From an uncultured delta proteobacterium (GTDB lineage Bacteria; Desulfobacterota; Syntrophobacteria; Syntrophobacterales; Syntrophobacteraceae), in the NCBI GenBank assembly GCA_963808625.1, contig CAWEHK010000018.1, positions 32,001 to 96,000 of the forward strand: a stretch of 64,000 bases of DNA, read 5' to 3'. The notes beneath the pieces were generated by a model. The model was given only the letters and a program-made list of their open reading frames with translations. It did no database searches and was not told the origin of the DNA. This document shows positions 30,299 through 41,244 of this stretch, piece after piece. Numbering within the stretch: position 1 is the stretch's first letter; every line of letters begins with the position of its first letter. A program made the position numbers and the translations under genes.

Positions 30299-31939
30299 TT
30301 AGACAACTTTAAATTTGTACACCTCATTGGTCTTCGGGTCGATCACATGCACGCCGCAGGCAATGCAGGGATCGAACGAATGAATGGTGCGCAGGATTTC
30401 GACCGGGCGCTTCGGATCGGCAACCGGGGTATTCATGAGCGCTTCCTCAAGGGGACCCGGCTTGTTCTGAGCACAGCGCGGTCCCAGGTTCCAGGTGGAA
30501 GGCACCACGAGTTGGAAGTTCCCGATCTTCTGGTCCTTAATCTCGATCCAATGTCCGAGAGCACCACGGGGAACATCGTTCAGACCTGCGCCCATGGCCG
30601 CATCCGGCATCTGGTACTCCTGGTAGATCTTGGTGTCGCCTTTCGCCACATTAGCAATCAATTGCGCCATCCAGCCTTCCATGGCTTCGCCGATGATCTT
30701 GGTTTCCAACGCCCTGGCAGCGGTCCTGCCGAGCGTCGAGAAGAGCGCATCCTGGGGAACTGCCAGCGTTTTCAGTAACCCGTCAACGGCGGCTTTGGTC
30801 GGCGCATGACCCTTGCCGTAAGCCACCAGAACGCGCGCCAGCGGTCCCACTTCCATCGGCTCGCCATTGTAGCGCGGCGCCTTCATCCAGCTGTAGCGAT
30901 CGTTGACATCGAGTTTGCCGGGTTTGGGCTTGGTTTCGCCCTTGGCCGGATGCAACGCCTTGTCGCCCTCATACCAGCTGTGCTTGACACCTTCCTCGAT
31001 CTTGCCAATATCGACTGCCTGCACCTGACCGATGTTACGCTTGAAAATGGCGCCCCGCGGGAAGAGGAAGCTGTCAGGTTCCTTGGAGCTTTGCGGAAAT
31101 TCGCCATAGACCAGGAAGTTCGTGGTCCCGCCGATTTTACCCCAGTCTTTATAGAACCCGGCCACCGCTACCACATCCGGGATGTAGACGTTGTTGACAA
31201 AGTCCATGGTCTCTGCCCAGAGGTACTTGAACTCGGCGATGCGGTCGGCGGTCAAATCCGTGGCGCAGGTTACCCCACCCACCACCAGGCCCTGGGGGTG
31301 CGGGTTCTTGCCGCCGAAAATGGCATGCATGCGCGCCGTCCGGGCCTGCTGCCGAAGTGCCATGAGATAGTGATGCACGGCCAGCAAATTCACTTCGGGA
31401 GGCAGCTTATAGGCCGGACTTCCCCAGTAGCCGTTGGCGAAAATGCCGAGCTGGCCGCTGTCGACGAATTTTTTCAATCTGGCCTGGGTCGCCTTGAAAT
31501 CATTGATACCGCTATTGGGCGCGGGAGTCACCTTCGCGGCGAGGTCGGCGGTCTTCTTGGCATCGGCCTTGAGGGAACTCACCACATCTACCCAATCCAG
31601 AGCGCTCAGCTGATAGAAATGGACGATGTGGTCATGGAGGAATTGCGCGCCCAGAAGGAGGTTTCGAATCAACCTGGCATTATCGGGGATGGTGACCTTG
31701 GCTGCGTCGTCCACGGCTCGCACCGAAGCCAGCCCATGAACATAGGTGCACACGCCGCAGGAACGCTGGGTAAAAAGCCATGCATCGCGGGGATCGCGGC
31801 CCTGAAGGATAATCTCCAGGCCGCGGAACAGCATCGAACTGCTCCACGCGTTGCTTACCTTCCCGTTGGTTATTTCCACTTCTATCCGCAAATGACCCTC
31901 AATCCGGGTGATCGGGTCGATGACTACTCTCTGTCCCAT
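30299..31939 (-). CDS. Periplasmic [NiFe] hydrogenase large subunit (group 1)
   Basis: IDPITRIEGH, L1 QRSCGVC, L2 DPCIACGVH plus cleavable C-terminal tail. Confidence 0.96.
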   Translation of the reverse strand: MGQRVVIDPITRIEGHLRIEVEITNGKVSNAWSSSMLFRGLEIILQGRDPRDAWLFTQRSCGVCTYVHGLASVRAVDDAAKVTIPDNARLIRNLLLGAQFLHDHIVHFYQLSALDWVDVVSSLKADAKKTADLAAKVTPAPNSGINDFKATQARLKKFVDSGQLGIFANGYWGSPAYKLPPEVNLLAVHHYLMALRQQARTARMHAIFGGKNPHPQGLVVGGVTCATDLTADRIAEFKYLWAETMDFVNNVYIPDVVAVAGFYKDWGKIGGTTNFLVYGEFPQSSKEPDSFLFPRGAIFKRNIGQVQAVDIGKIEEGVKHSWYEGDKALHPAKGETKPKPGKLDVNDRYSWMKAPRYNGEPMEVGPLARVLVAYGKGHAPTKAAVDGLLKTLAVPQDALFSTLGRTAARALETKIIGEAMEGWMAQLIANVAKGDTKIYQEYQMPDAAMGAGLNDVPRGALGHWIEIKDQKIGNFQLVVPSTWNLGPRCAQNKPGPLEEALMNTPVADPKRPVEILRTIHSFDPCIACGVHVIDPKTNEVYKFKVV

Positions 31940-32020
31940 AGTCAGTTCTCCTTGCTTCTCATAGTGCTATCTCAGGTTTGCTCCACAGACAGGGGTTACC
32001 ACACTGACGCGGAGCGATCT

Positions 32021-32956
32021 TTAAAGAGACTTGTAGAAAGGCGACATCTTGTCCCAGAAATCGGGCTCACTGCATCCAATACAGGGGTGTCCCGCCTGCA
32101 CCGGCCAACTCGTGCCGTCGTTGAATTTGACTATTGGGCAGTTGTTGTACGTTTCCGGTCCCTTGCATCCCACCTGGTAGAGGCAGTAGGCTTTCTTGGC
32201 TTCAACGCTCTCGAACGAGGTCACAAACTCACCCATTTCAAAATGGGAACGACGCGGACACTGATCGTGGATCGTCTTTCCATAAGCAAAGAGCGGACGG
32301 CCTTTGTCATCAAGTTCGGGCAGCTTGCCGAAAAGCAGGTAGTTCACTATGGTGCCAACAAAATTGATCGGGTTCGGAGGACATCCGGGAATGTTCAGCG
32401 TGTTGATCCCGATGGCATCCTTGACACTCTTGGCTGCGGTGGGATTGGGAGCTGCGGCAGCGACCCCGCCGTAGGATGCGCAGGTACCGATAGCGATGGT
32501 TGCCAGGGCCTTGGGGCAGACCTCCTTGGCGACCTGCAGGAAGGTCTTGCCGCCGATCATGCCATAGATGCCGTTTTCCGCAGTCGGAATGGCGCCATCC
32601 ACAACACAGATGAACTTGCCCGGATACTTGGTGACCGTATCATGGAGAGACTTTTCCGCAGCCTCACCCGATGGCGCCATGATCGTTTCATGGTAGTCCA
32701 GCGAGATGATATCCAACAACAAGGTATCGATCCAAGGATACGTCGTCCTCAGCAACGATTCGGCGCAACCGGTACATTCGGCGAAGGCAAGGTAGACTAC
32801 CGGGGGCCGTGGAGCAGTGAGTGCTTCTGCGATCTTTGGTATGAATGATGATGAAAGTCCCATGGTGGCTGACAACAGGGTGCAGTATTTCATGAAATCC
32901 CTTCGAGACACGCCCCTCTGTTCCAACCGCTGCTTTACGCTGTTCTCGTGTTCCAT
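32021..32956 (-). CDS. Periplasmic [NiFe] hydrogenase small subunit
   Basis: Tat signal [42 protein letters not shown]. Confidence 0.96.
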   Translation of the reverse strand: MEHENSVKQRLEQRGVSRRDFMKYCTLLSATMGLSSSFIPKIAEALTAPRPPVVYLAFAECTGCAESLLRTTYPWIDTLLLDIISLDYHETIMAPSGEAAEKSLHDTVTKYPGKFICVVDGAIPTAENGIYGMIGGKTFLQVAKEVCPKALATIAIGTCASYGGVAAAAPNPTAAKSVKDAIGINTLNIPGCPPNPINFVGTIVNYLLFGKLPELDDKGRPLFAYGKTIHDQCPRRSHFEMGEFVTSFESVEAKKAYCLYQVGCKGPETYNNCPIVKFNDGTSWPVQAGHPCIGCSEPDFWDKMSPFYKSL

Positions 32957-33272
32957 AAAACACCTCCTCGAGCCGTTTAAAACCAGTGAATCTGCCTCAT
33001 GACAAGCATCTCATCGCCCGGTGACGAGGCATGAGAGGTAAAAGATTACCACCAACTCTTCCTGATCGCGTTCATCATTCACGCAGCCGTCAGGAAGACC
33101 CTTCCTGCTGCAACAACTAATGGAGATCGGAAAATGAGACATGCACTCGGAACGAGCCAGAACATGCAGAAAAACACTACCGCCTGAAGAATGTCAGCCG
33201 GAATCTACTATCACCAGGAATACGAACTGTCAAGAAAAGAAGTTGCAGTGCGAAAGCAATTACCATTTGCGA

Positions 33273-33449
33273 TCAGTTACTGATCGCTTCCGCCAGCTTG
33301 TCAATGATCCTTTTGGGTACGGGGTATGAATCCTGAGCAAAATAGAGCTTCAAAAGGTTCGGGTCAAACGCAATGCGTTCTGCAGCCTCTGCCAAGCTTA
33401 TGCCTTTGGCTTCCATGTTTCGGGACAGTTCAAGCTTCTGTGATTCCAT
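33273..33449 (-). CDS. Small (58 aa) HTH/XRE-like protein, missed by the ORF track
   Basis: Manual translation MESQKLELSRNMEAKGISLAEAAERIAFDPNLLKLYFAQDSYPVPKRIIDKLAEAISN; GAGGT RBS. Confidence 0.65.
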   Translation of the reverse strand: MESQKLELSRNMEAKGISLAEAAERIAFDPNLLKLYFAQDSYPVPKRIIDKLAEAISN

Positions 33450-33924
33450 GATGACCTCTTTCGTGGTGAGCTGTTTTCAAGCCCTCTTCAGGCAGAGGGG
33501 CGCCCGGAAGCGTAACGCTCAGCGCGTGCTCAGCGCCGGCTTCCATCGGATTCGAACGGCACCATTCTAGCGCAGCTAAAAACAAAAGGCCATAAGGATT
33601 ATCCTCATGGCCTTTCGTTATCAAAAAGGGAGGGCTCTCAGATTATTCCAATTCCGCTTCAACCGTTCAAAAGAGCTGCAACCATTCAACAGAACTTGAA
33701 GACCCACCGCCGCATCAGATGTCCCGATAGAATTTCCGCATGATGATCAACCCAGACAGCAACCGCTTCCACCTCATCCGCTCGAACATCCGCACCCGCT
33801 ACCACTCGCTTGTCCACTTCCGGCTTCGCTTCAACGTGAATTTACCACTTCAACTCGAACCCACAACTTCCGCTATCCACTTGAGATCAGAAATAACTTT
33901 GAAATGCAAACCTCTGAGAGTTCC

Positions 33925-34371
33925 CTACTCAACTGTAAAGCCGGGTATGCCTTCGAAACCAAGTTCCGGTCCCTCTTCAATATTCTCAACTGACGTTAAT
34001 TTCGCTTTCGAGCGCGCAGAGGACAAAGCAGCTTCCAATTCAACCAGATCGAAGGGTTTCTTGAGAAATGACCGCACTACAACGGGATCAAGATCTTTCG
34101 CCACAGCCTCAAAGTCATATTCCGAAAGAAGAATCGCAGCTACATCGGGGACAATCCGCTTCAACTTTTCCAGCAACGCCACGCCATTTGCATCGGGAAG
34201 GTGATATTCCGCAATCACAATCGCAGGATCAAGTCTCTCCGCCAGCGCTAACGCCTCACGAGCAGTCGCACAACACTCGAAAGCATACCCAGCTCGTTCC
34301 AAATACTTTTCCAAAGAACGTCTTAAGGAAGCCTCATCCTCAACTACCAACACTTGAAATTCAGCATTCAC
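33925..34371 (-). CDS. Single-domain response regulator receiver, phospho-acceptor Asp replaced by Glu
   Basis: VLVVEDE, IVIAEYHLPD, FLKKPF; GGAGG RBS before GTG 34371. Confidence 0.85.
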   Translation of the reverse strand: MNAEFQVLVVEDEASLRRSLEKYLERAGYAFECCATAREALALAERLDPAIVIAEYHLPDANGVALLEKLKRIVPDVAAILLSEYDFEAVAKDLDPVVVRSFLKKPFDLVELEAALSSARSKAKLTSVENIEEGPELGFEGIPGFTVE

Positions 34372-34394
34372 CAGCAGCCTCCGCCCTGACACAT

Positions 34395-34410
34395 AGCAAA
34401 GTGCATGCCA
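34395..34410 (-). promoter_or_regulatory. Sigma54 (-24/-12) promoter
   Basis: TGGCAT-GCACT-TTGCT with canonical spacing, downstream of an AT-rich spacer and a sigma54 activator gene. Confidence 0.75.
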
Positions 34411-34630
34411 TGAACACATAAACTCCTGTTTCCCTGATACACAAGGAATTCCAGGCTATCAAGGCCACACCAGGAGTGGGGAGAATGACGAATATTCTCC
34501 ACCACGCCCTTCCCACGCTCAAGAAGATTATGCTTGTTGGCAGTTTGTTTTAATGATTCTAAACTGTTATGGATTTATGAAGACTATTGTTTAGTCCGGC
34601 TGGAATTTGCACATTATTCGACACTGTTTG

Positions 34631-36013
34631 TCACTCGGCGATGCCGAGTTTTTTCAGTCGATAAATGAGAACGTGTCTTGGCATCTTGAGAAAACGTGCC
34701 GTTCTTGACTTGTTTCTCTGGCATTTTTCGTAAGCTTCCAGAATTATTTGTTTTTCTATCTCTTCCAGGGCAATCCCCTGATCGGGAAACTCGACGCGGA
34801 GGACATCGGCCACGGCGGGTGTCTCGGTGCTCACGCGGTGTCCCAGAAAATGCAGGTGCCTGGCAAGAATGGTATCTTCATTTTCAAGCAGGATTACCCG
34901 CTCGATCGTGTTCCTCAGTTCGCGCACGTTCCCCGGCCAGGAATGCGTCAGGAGCAGGCGTTCAGCCTCCGAGCTGACTCTCCGAAAGCGTTTGCCGTAC
35001 TTATCGTTAAAATCGTCCATGAAGAACTGCACCAGCGGCGGAATATCTTCGGTGCGCTCACGCAATGGCGGCAGATCAATGCGTATCGTTGCCAGTCTGA
35101 AAAACAGGTCCTTTCGAAATCGCCCCACTTCCGCGCCCTGCCAGAGATCGCGATTGCAGGCGGAAATAATGCGAATGTCCACGGTTTTCTTGCGCGTTCC
35201 TCCAATTGGATAGAATTCTTGTTCTTCCAGAACGCGCAGCAACTTGGCCTGGATTTCCGAATGCAGGTCGATCACCTCGTCCAGAAAAAGGGTGCCGCCG
35301 TCTGCAACCTCGAGCAACCCTTCCTTTCCCTCCGCACGCGCTCCGGTGAAGGCCCCCTTTTCATAGCCAAAGAGCTCGCTTTCGATGATTTCCGCACTGA
35401 ATGCGGCACAGTTGAGCGCCACAAAGGGATAATTGGCCCGGGGGCTCTGGGCATGAATGAGCCGCGCAAAAAGCTCTTTCCCAGCCCCGCTCTCACCCTG
35501 CAGAAGGACCCCGGCGTCGCGGCTCTGAGCGCTCTTTATGGCGAGCATCTGGGCCTCGAGGAACTTCGGGTTCAGGCCGATGAAGCGATCGACCTTCTGC
35601 AGTCGCTGCACCTCCTGGCGAAGCCGGTCAACTTCATTTCTAAGCCCGGCATGCTCCAGGGCCGTCTGGATGGTAAATTCGAATTCATCGAGGTCCACGG
35701 GCTTGACAAGGTAGTCGAACGCCCCGCGTTTGATGGCGGTGACGACATCTTTGACCTGTTCGTAGGCGGTGATCATCACCACCGTAGGCGAAGGGCGCAG
35801 TTCCTTAAATTGCGACAGGATCTCGAGCCCGCTCGCATCGGGCAGGGCCACGTCGAGAAGGACCAGGTCCGGTTCCTCTCGATAGGCAGAATTGAGGCCT
35901 TTGGCGCCCGTATCGGCCTCGATAACGAGATATTTCTTCTCCAGTAAACGCCGTAGAGCAGAGCGAAAAGGGGCTTCATCATCCACGATGAGAATCTTCT
36001 GAGTATTGCGCAT
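34631..36013 (-). CDS. Sigma54-dependent response regulator (NtrC/AtoC family)
   Basis: Receiver (LLDVALPD), GESGAGKE, GAFTGA, LFLDEV, WPGNVREL, Fis HTH. Confidence 0.95.
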   Translation of the reverse strand: MRNTQKILIVDDEAPFRSALRRLLEKKYLVIEADTGAKGLNSAYREEPDLVLLDVALPDASGLEILSQFKELRPSPTVVMITAYEQVKDVVTAIKRGAFDYLVKPVDLDEFEFTIQTALEHAGLRNEVDRLRQEVQRLQKVDRFIGLNPKFLEAQMLAIKSAQSRDAGVLLQGESGAGKELFARLIHAQSPRANYPFVALNCAAFSAEIIESELFGYEKGAFTGARAEGKEGLLEVADGGTLFLDEVIDLHSEIQAKLLRVLEEQEFYPIGGTRKKTVDIRIISACNRDLWQGAEVGRFRKDLFFRLATIRIDLPPLRERTEDIPPLVQFFMDDFNDKYGKRFRRVSSEAERLLLTHSWPGNVRELRNTIERVILLENEDTILARHLHFLGHRVSTETPAVADVLRVEFPDQGIALEEIEKQIILEAYEKCQRNKSRTARFLKMPRHVLIYRLKKLGIAE

Positions 36014-36210
36014 AAGAGGATTTCCTAATTGAGCAGTCTATTTTGCCCGAAAGGTTAACCGGCTATGGAGAAAATATTCATCTACTAAAGTCCTTTGAAC
36101 CAGGCCCAAGCTCCTGAGTAGTTCGGCCTTAATCACACTTATATCACACTCACGCGGCTCCGGTCGAGATGACAACGCAGAAGCCGAAAATGAAAGGGCA
36201 TCCACCTATT

Positions 36211-36754
36211 TTAAATAGGCCCTTCTTCCACCATAAGCTGTACCCAGGCGGAATCATTACGACCCCACTCACGCAGGGCTTGCTCGATCCCCCACCCGGC
36301 GGCCAGTTCTTTTCCGACGGCGCTCACCAGCGCTTCCTTTGCGTCCGCTTTCAGGGTGGTCTGGAGTGCCGGGCACAGGTAGTGGACGCAGTAGTAGTAA
36401 CGGGCCCGGAGCTTGCACCCCGTTGCTTCCAACAAAAAAACAACTTTCCGCCACCTCTCGAGAGTCGGGAAGAGCAACCCCCATAAGGAGGTTGATCAGG
36501 AGGAGGATACGGTCGTAGCCGGTCTCGATCCCCTCAAAGCAGCAACTTCCCGGCCCTTTTTCCGCACAAGCGGTGCATGCTGCGGTCACGCCCAACTCGT
36601 GCATCAGGCCTTGAGTCTCATCAATAGCGTGACGATAGAGGGTGAGCAACCGCAGTATTTCCGGCTGCCGGCCGAGAACGCGCCCGAAATGGTCGAAGAG
36701 CGCTCTGGCCGAAGTGATCTCGCGGAGCAGTTTCTGTTCTTGGGACGATTTCAT
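36211..36754 (-). CDS. Cysteine-cluster protein (YkgJ/CxxCxxCC-like; frameshift near 36420)
   Basis: CTAC...SCC, CFFVGSNG/CKL, YCVHYLC. Confidence 0.65.
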
Positions 36755-36812
36755 GGTGAGATGCACCGGCCCGGGCGGGTTGCGGAAAAGGGGCGAGGCG
36801 AAACGGAAGATT

Positions 36813-37508
36813 TCACGGCGCGGCAAGGTCACGGAGGGAATCGTGGAGACAATTCTCCGGCTGATAACCCCGGAGGCGAGCAAGGTTGACTAAACCCAGC
36901 AGGAGTTTCCCAAAGGCGTCTGAAGATACCGGAATGCCATCAAGCAGCTCCCTTGACAAGGCCTGGCTCTTCACCGCAAATTCCTCTGCCCGGGATTTGA
37001 GGTCATTCCAGGGAGAGCCCTCATCGTGGGAGAGACGTGACACCATCCGGTAGCCTCGCATCAGCGCGGGCAGGGATTGCGGAATCCCTCCGGAGCTTTT
37101 CCCCGTGGCGGCCTTTTCGTTCGCCTTGATCTTCTCCCAGTTATCGCGCACTTCCTGGGCAGTCTCCGCCGTTGCATCACCAAAAACATGAGGATGACGG
37201 CGTATCATCTTGTCGCAAATCAAATCACCCACCTCATCCAACCGAAACAAGCCCTTTTCTTCGTACAAATGGACGAGAAAGAGCACCATGAAAATGAGGT
37301 CGCCCAGCTCCTCCGCCACTTCCCGAACATGGCCCGCACGCACGGCTGCGGCAGCTTCATGAGCCTCTTCGATCAGGTATGTCTGCACACTTTCCGGAGT
37401 CTGTTTGCGATCCCACGGACAGCCCGCCTCGCCGCGGAGCCGGTCGATGATCTCCCAGATAGCGCGAAGCTTTTCCCAGCGAATGTCAGCGCTCTCCGGA
37501 GCTCTCAA
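36813..37508 (-). CDS. mazG: MazG nucleoside triphosphate pyrophosphohydrolase
   Basis: GCPWDRKQT, IEEAHE, EELGDL, KMIRRHPHVF, WEKIK. Confidence 0.92.
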   Translation of the reverse strand: MRAPESADIRWEKLRAIWEIIDRLRGEAGCPWDRKQTPESVQTYLIEEAHEAAAAVRAGHVREVAEELGDLIFMVLFLVHLYEEKGLFRLDEVGDLICDKMIRRHPHVFGDATAETAQEVRDNWEKIKANEKAATGKSSGGIPQSLPALMRGYRMVSRLSHDEGSPWNDLKSRAEEFAVKSQALSRELLDGIPVSSDAFGKLLLGLVNLARLRGYQPENCLHDSLRDLAAP

Positions 37509-38081
37509 CTCTTCCTCGCTTCCGCGGTCACCGATTCAACCCGTGAGTTCTTCTCACTGCGCTCCAGCCAGTCATGTTTGAGCGCTTTTTGCTTTTCCTC
37601 GAATAGCTTTTGAAGGTTTTCGGGGGTCGCCTTGAGCAGCAGCTGGGCACCCTGCTGAATGAAAGGCGTCAGGTATGACTGAGCCAGCAGAGGGCTCTTC
37701 GGCGAGAGGAGGAGCGTTAGCGACGCAACGACAATCACGGCCAGGACGAAGGCCTTCGCCATGCCCACCGCACCCCCAAGAAGCCGGTCAAGGAACCCGA
37801 GGCTGGTGCGGCGAAGCAATTTTGCTATCCAGTAGCCGGCCAGCCCGAAACAGACCCAGGTAAGGAGGAAGATCACGATGAAGCTCACCGCCGCAGCCCC
37901 CGGAAGACCGGGAAAAACCCTGGAGAGTTGTGCTGCCACGGATTCGTAGGAGTGAGCTGCCAGCAGGAAGCCGCCGATGACCCCGGCAATCCCGAAGATT
38001 TGGGAGACCGCTCCCCGAAACATTCCGCGCGCCAAACAAACAATGGCCGATACCGATGAGGAACCAATCGAGTCCGTTCAT
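37505..38081 (-). CDS. CvpA family (colicin V production) membrane protein (frameshift near 38040)
   Basis: MNGLDWFL, RGMFRG, LGFLDRLLGGAVG. Confidence 0.85.
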
Positions 38082-38292
38082 CATCTTCCCTGCTGCCTGG
38101 TTGAACTTTGCTTTTCCTCAGACTGAATAAGTAAGCCCCGGACTATCGATCCGGGGCCTACCGCTAGAAATCTACCGCACTGTTTTTCCTGGCTGAAATT
38201 CCCTCCGCAAGCCCCCAATCCGTTCCTGCCCCCGGGGAATGTGCTCCGGTCGGGTGCAGAAAGCAAAAGGAGCTTACCGGACTGCTGCGAAT

Positions 38293-39909
38293 TTAACAGC
38301 CGATCTGTTTGAAGAAGTCATTCCCCTTGTCATCCACCAGGATGAAGGCCGGGAAGTCCTCGACCTCGATCTTCCAGATGGCTTCCATGCCCAGTTCCGG
38401 ATATTCAAGGACCTCGACCTTCTTGATGTTTTCCTTGGCAAGCAGGGCCGCCGGGCCGCCAATGGAGCCGAGGTAGAAACCGCCGTGCTTCTTGCACGCA
38501 TCGGTCACCTGCTGGGTGCGGTTGCCCTTGGCGATCATGACCATCGAGCCGCCATTGGACTGGAAAAGGTCCACATAGGAATCCATGCGCCCGGCAGTGG
38601 TCGGTCCGAAAGAACCGGAGGGCATGCCCTTGGGCGTCTTGGCGGGGCCGGCATAGTAAATGGGATGGTCCTTCATGTACTGCGGCATCCCTTCACCCTT
38701 GTCGATCCGCTCTTTCAGCTTCGCGTGGGCGATGTCGCGCCCCACGATCAGGGTGCCGGTAAGCGAAAGCTGGGTGGTGACCGGATACTTGGTCAGCTCG
38801 GCCAGGATCTCTTTCATCGGCCGGTTCAGGTCGATCTTCACGACGCCATGTTCATGCTTGCCGCGATACTTATCGGGAATGAAGCGGCCGGGGTTGCGCT
38901 CCATCTCTTCCAGCCAGATGCCGTCCTTGTTGATCTTGGCCTTGATGTTGCGGTCGGCGGAGCAGGAAACGCCCATGGCCACCGGACAGGAAGCGCCATG
39001 GCGGGGCAGGCGAACGATCCGGACATCCAGGACGAAATGCTTGCCGCCGAACTGAGCGCCGTAGCCGCTCTTGTAGGCAGCCTGCAGGATCTTTTCTTCC
39101 ATCTCCAGGTCGCGGAAGGCCTGTCCGCCCTCATTGCCCTTCGTGGGAAGGTTGTCCAGGTAGCCCGTGCTGGCCAGCTTAACCGTCTTCAGGCAACCTT
39201 CGGCCGAGGTGCCGCCAATGACGAAGGCCAGATGGTAGGGCGGGCATGCTGCGGTCCCGAGGCTCTTCATCTTCTCGACCAGGAACTTTTCCAGGCTGGC
39301 CGGATTCAGCAATGCTTTCGTTTCCTGATACAGCATGGTCTTGTTCGCGGAACCGCCACCCTTGGCAACAAAGAGGAACTTGTATTCCATGCCCTGCGTC
39401 GCGTAAAGATCGATCTGAGCGGGCATGTTGGTGCCGGAATTGATTTCGTCGTACATGTTCAGCGGAATCGTCTGCGAATAGCGCAGATTTTCTTCGGTGT
39501 AGGTCTTGTGAACACCCTTGCTGAGATACTCCTCGTCATTGGCCCCGGTCCAGACCTGCTGTCCCTTTTTGCCGACAATGGTCGCCGTGCCGGTGTCCTG
39601 GCAGAGCGGGAGCAGACCCTCGGCGGAAACTTCAGCGTTTCTCAGCAGGGCGATGGCCACGCCTCGTTCATTGGGAGAAGATTCCGGGTCAGTCAGGATT
39701 GCCGCCACCTTTTCCAGGTGCGCCGGGCGCAGCAGGAAGGAAACATCCCGCATGGCGCTGTTGGCAAGAAAGGCGAGTCCTTCCGGGTCGACCTTGAGGA
39801 TCTCTTTGCCGTCAAAATTGACGGTGGAAACATAATCCTTGGTCAGCAGACGGTATTTCGTGTCATCTTTGGTCTGGGGAAACGGTTCTTGATACTTGAA
39901 CTCTGGCAT
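38293..39909 (-). CDS. fumA: Class I fumarate hydratase
   Basis: [47 protein letters not shown]. Confidence 0.95.
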   Translation of the reverse strand: MPEFKYQEPFPQTKDDTKYRLLTKDYVSTVNFDGKEILKVDPEGLAFLANSAMRDVSFLLRPAHLEKVAAILTDPESSPNERGVAIALLRNAEVSAEGLLPLCQDTGTATIVGKKGQQVWTGANDEEYLSKGVHKTYTEENLRYSQTIPLNMYDEINSGTNMPAQIDLYATQGMEYKFLFVAKGGGSANKTMLYQETKALLNPASLEKFLVEKMKSLGTAACPPYHLAFVIGGTSAEGCLKTVKLASTGYLDNLPTKGNEGGQAFRDLEMEEKILQAAYKSGYGAQFGGKHFVLDVRIVRLPRHGASCPVAMGVSCSADRNIKAKINKDGIWLEEMERNPGRFIPDKYRGKHEHGVVKIDLNRPMKEILAELTKYPVTTQLSLTGTLIVGRDIAHAKLKERIDKGEGMPQYMKDHPIYYAGPAKTPKGMPSGSFGPTTAGRMDSYVDLFQSNGGSMVMIAKGNRTQQVTDACKKHGGFYLGSIGGPAALLAKENIKKVEVLEYPELGMEAIWKIEVEDFPAFILVDDKGNDFFKQIGC

Positions 39910-40228
39910 TTTTAACTCCTTTACCTACAGTGTTTCAGATTCAATGAGCACGAGGGCGAACTCAGAACTTACGCGGCTATCATATTGAAAAAATATTCAC
40001 ATGTCGAGCCTTGAGTTTGCAGGTTTCATGATTTTCTATTCGATTGTTTTGGGACCCTGACTTTCGAGGTGGCGGCCGAAAGCCGCCGTTTTTTCTGGAT
40101 GGGGAAAGCTCTTAGGAATAATTTCCGAGACAGGCGTTAGGCATCGAGATGCTTGAAGAAGCATGAAAAAAGAGCGCAAAACCACATTGCGCCGGTTCTC
40201 GCAGAACAATATGATCTTCATCCCGGTC

Positions 40229-40740
40229 TCAGGCACCGGCAGAAGCTTTGATCTCTTCCAAGGCTGCCTTGAGCTTCGCCTCATCGGTGTGCAGCAGGGA
40301 AGTATGGAGCACCTTGCCTCCGAAAGTTGCTTAATTCATCGAGGCACCTTTTCCAGGTGCGCTCTGACCAGGATGCACAGAGCCGACGAGCCGGGTTTCA
40401 GATGCTCGGCGAGGTCCTCCATGAAATCTTCGTCGATGCCGACATGAGACATGGCTCCGGAAATTCCCCCGACGACAAGGCCCGTTGCCAAACCGAGGAG
40501 TGCAAAAACAGGACTGAGCAGCAAAATCCCCACAAGCGTACCCAGGAACCCTCCGCTCATGGCGCCCCCAATGGCAAAATGAGCCACATGATGAAGCCTG
40601 ACCTTGCCCTCCTGGTTCCTGACTAAAACGACGGAGTCTTCCAGGTCGATGAGATGTGCGGCTTCCTTTTTCCGCAACTCGAGTCGCACCTCTTCCGCCT
40701 TGAATTCATTAGCAAAGATGGCAACAACCAATTCACTCAT
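40229..40740 (-). CDS. DUF1269 membrane protein (two frameshifts near 40345 and 40322)
   Basis: MSELVVAIF, DLEDSV, GIDEDFM, LKPGSSAL, then GKVLHTSL...EAKLKAAL in a shifted frame; AGGAGG RBS. Confidence 0.8.
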
Positions 40741-41097
40741 GGCCTCCTCCTTTCTCTTGCAGAAAATTCTCTGCTCATCACCCCTCAAGACGCTTGGTAC
40801 ACCCCCTGGCAAATTTATAGCGCTCTTACTATTTTAGAGTAATTACCGACAATACCGTGTCAAGGCGCTCTTGCAGAACATTTGAAACCAGGGAAAACGG
40901 TCTTCCGATTTGGGTATCAATACATTCTGAGGCTCACAGCCATTACCTCAACGACTTGGCTCTTCAGATGGAACTGGCGGGAAATGCTGGCTCACGATTT
41001 CTTGTACCTCTTCAAGCCAGCGTTTTTTCTGCTCCAAAGTGCTGACAACAACGACACTGAAAATTTTTCGAAATTTTCGGCGTCAAAACCGGCAACT

Positions 41098-41200
41098 CGT
41101 TCAGGATCGTGCGGGCTGCCCGCCGATGGTCCACCATCGCCGGAACCTGAGCCTCGGGCGGCCAGATCGGGCAACGCCCGGTCTGGGACAGGAGTGCTCC
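41098..41200. ncRNA. Candidate structured RNA (unassigned)
   Basis: TCAGG/CCTGA stem enclosing two hairpins plus an 11-bp hairpin; no family recognised. Confidence 0.3.
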
Positions 41201-41244
41201 GCTTTATCAATGGATTGATGATGCAAACCAGGACAACGCATATT

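Noticed and set aside
30299..31939. [NiFeSe] hydrogenase
   Set aside because: L2 motif is DPCIAC with Cys, no UGA
41110..41190. Fluoride or SAH riboswitch, or HDV-like ribozyme
   Set aside because: Only short word matches; required pairings and conserved core nucleotides are missing
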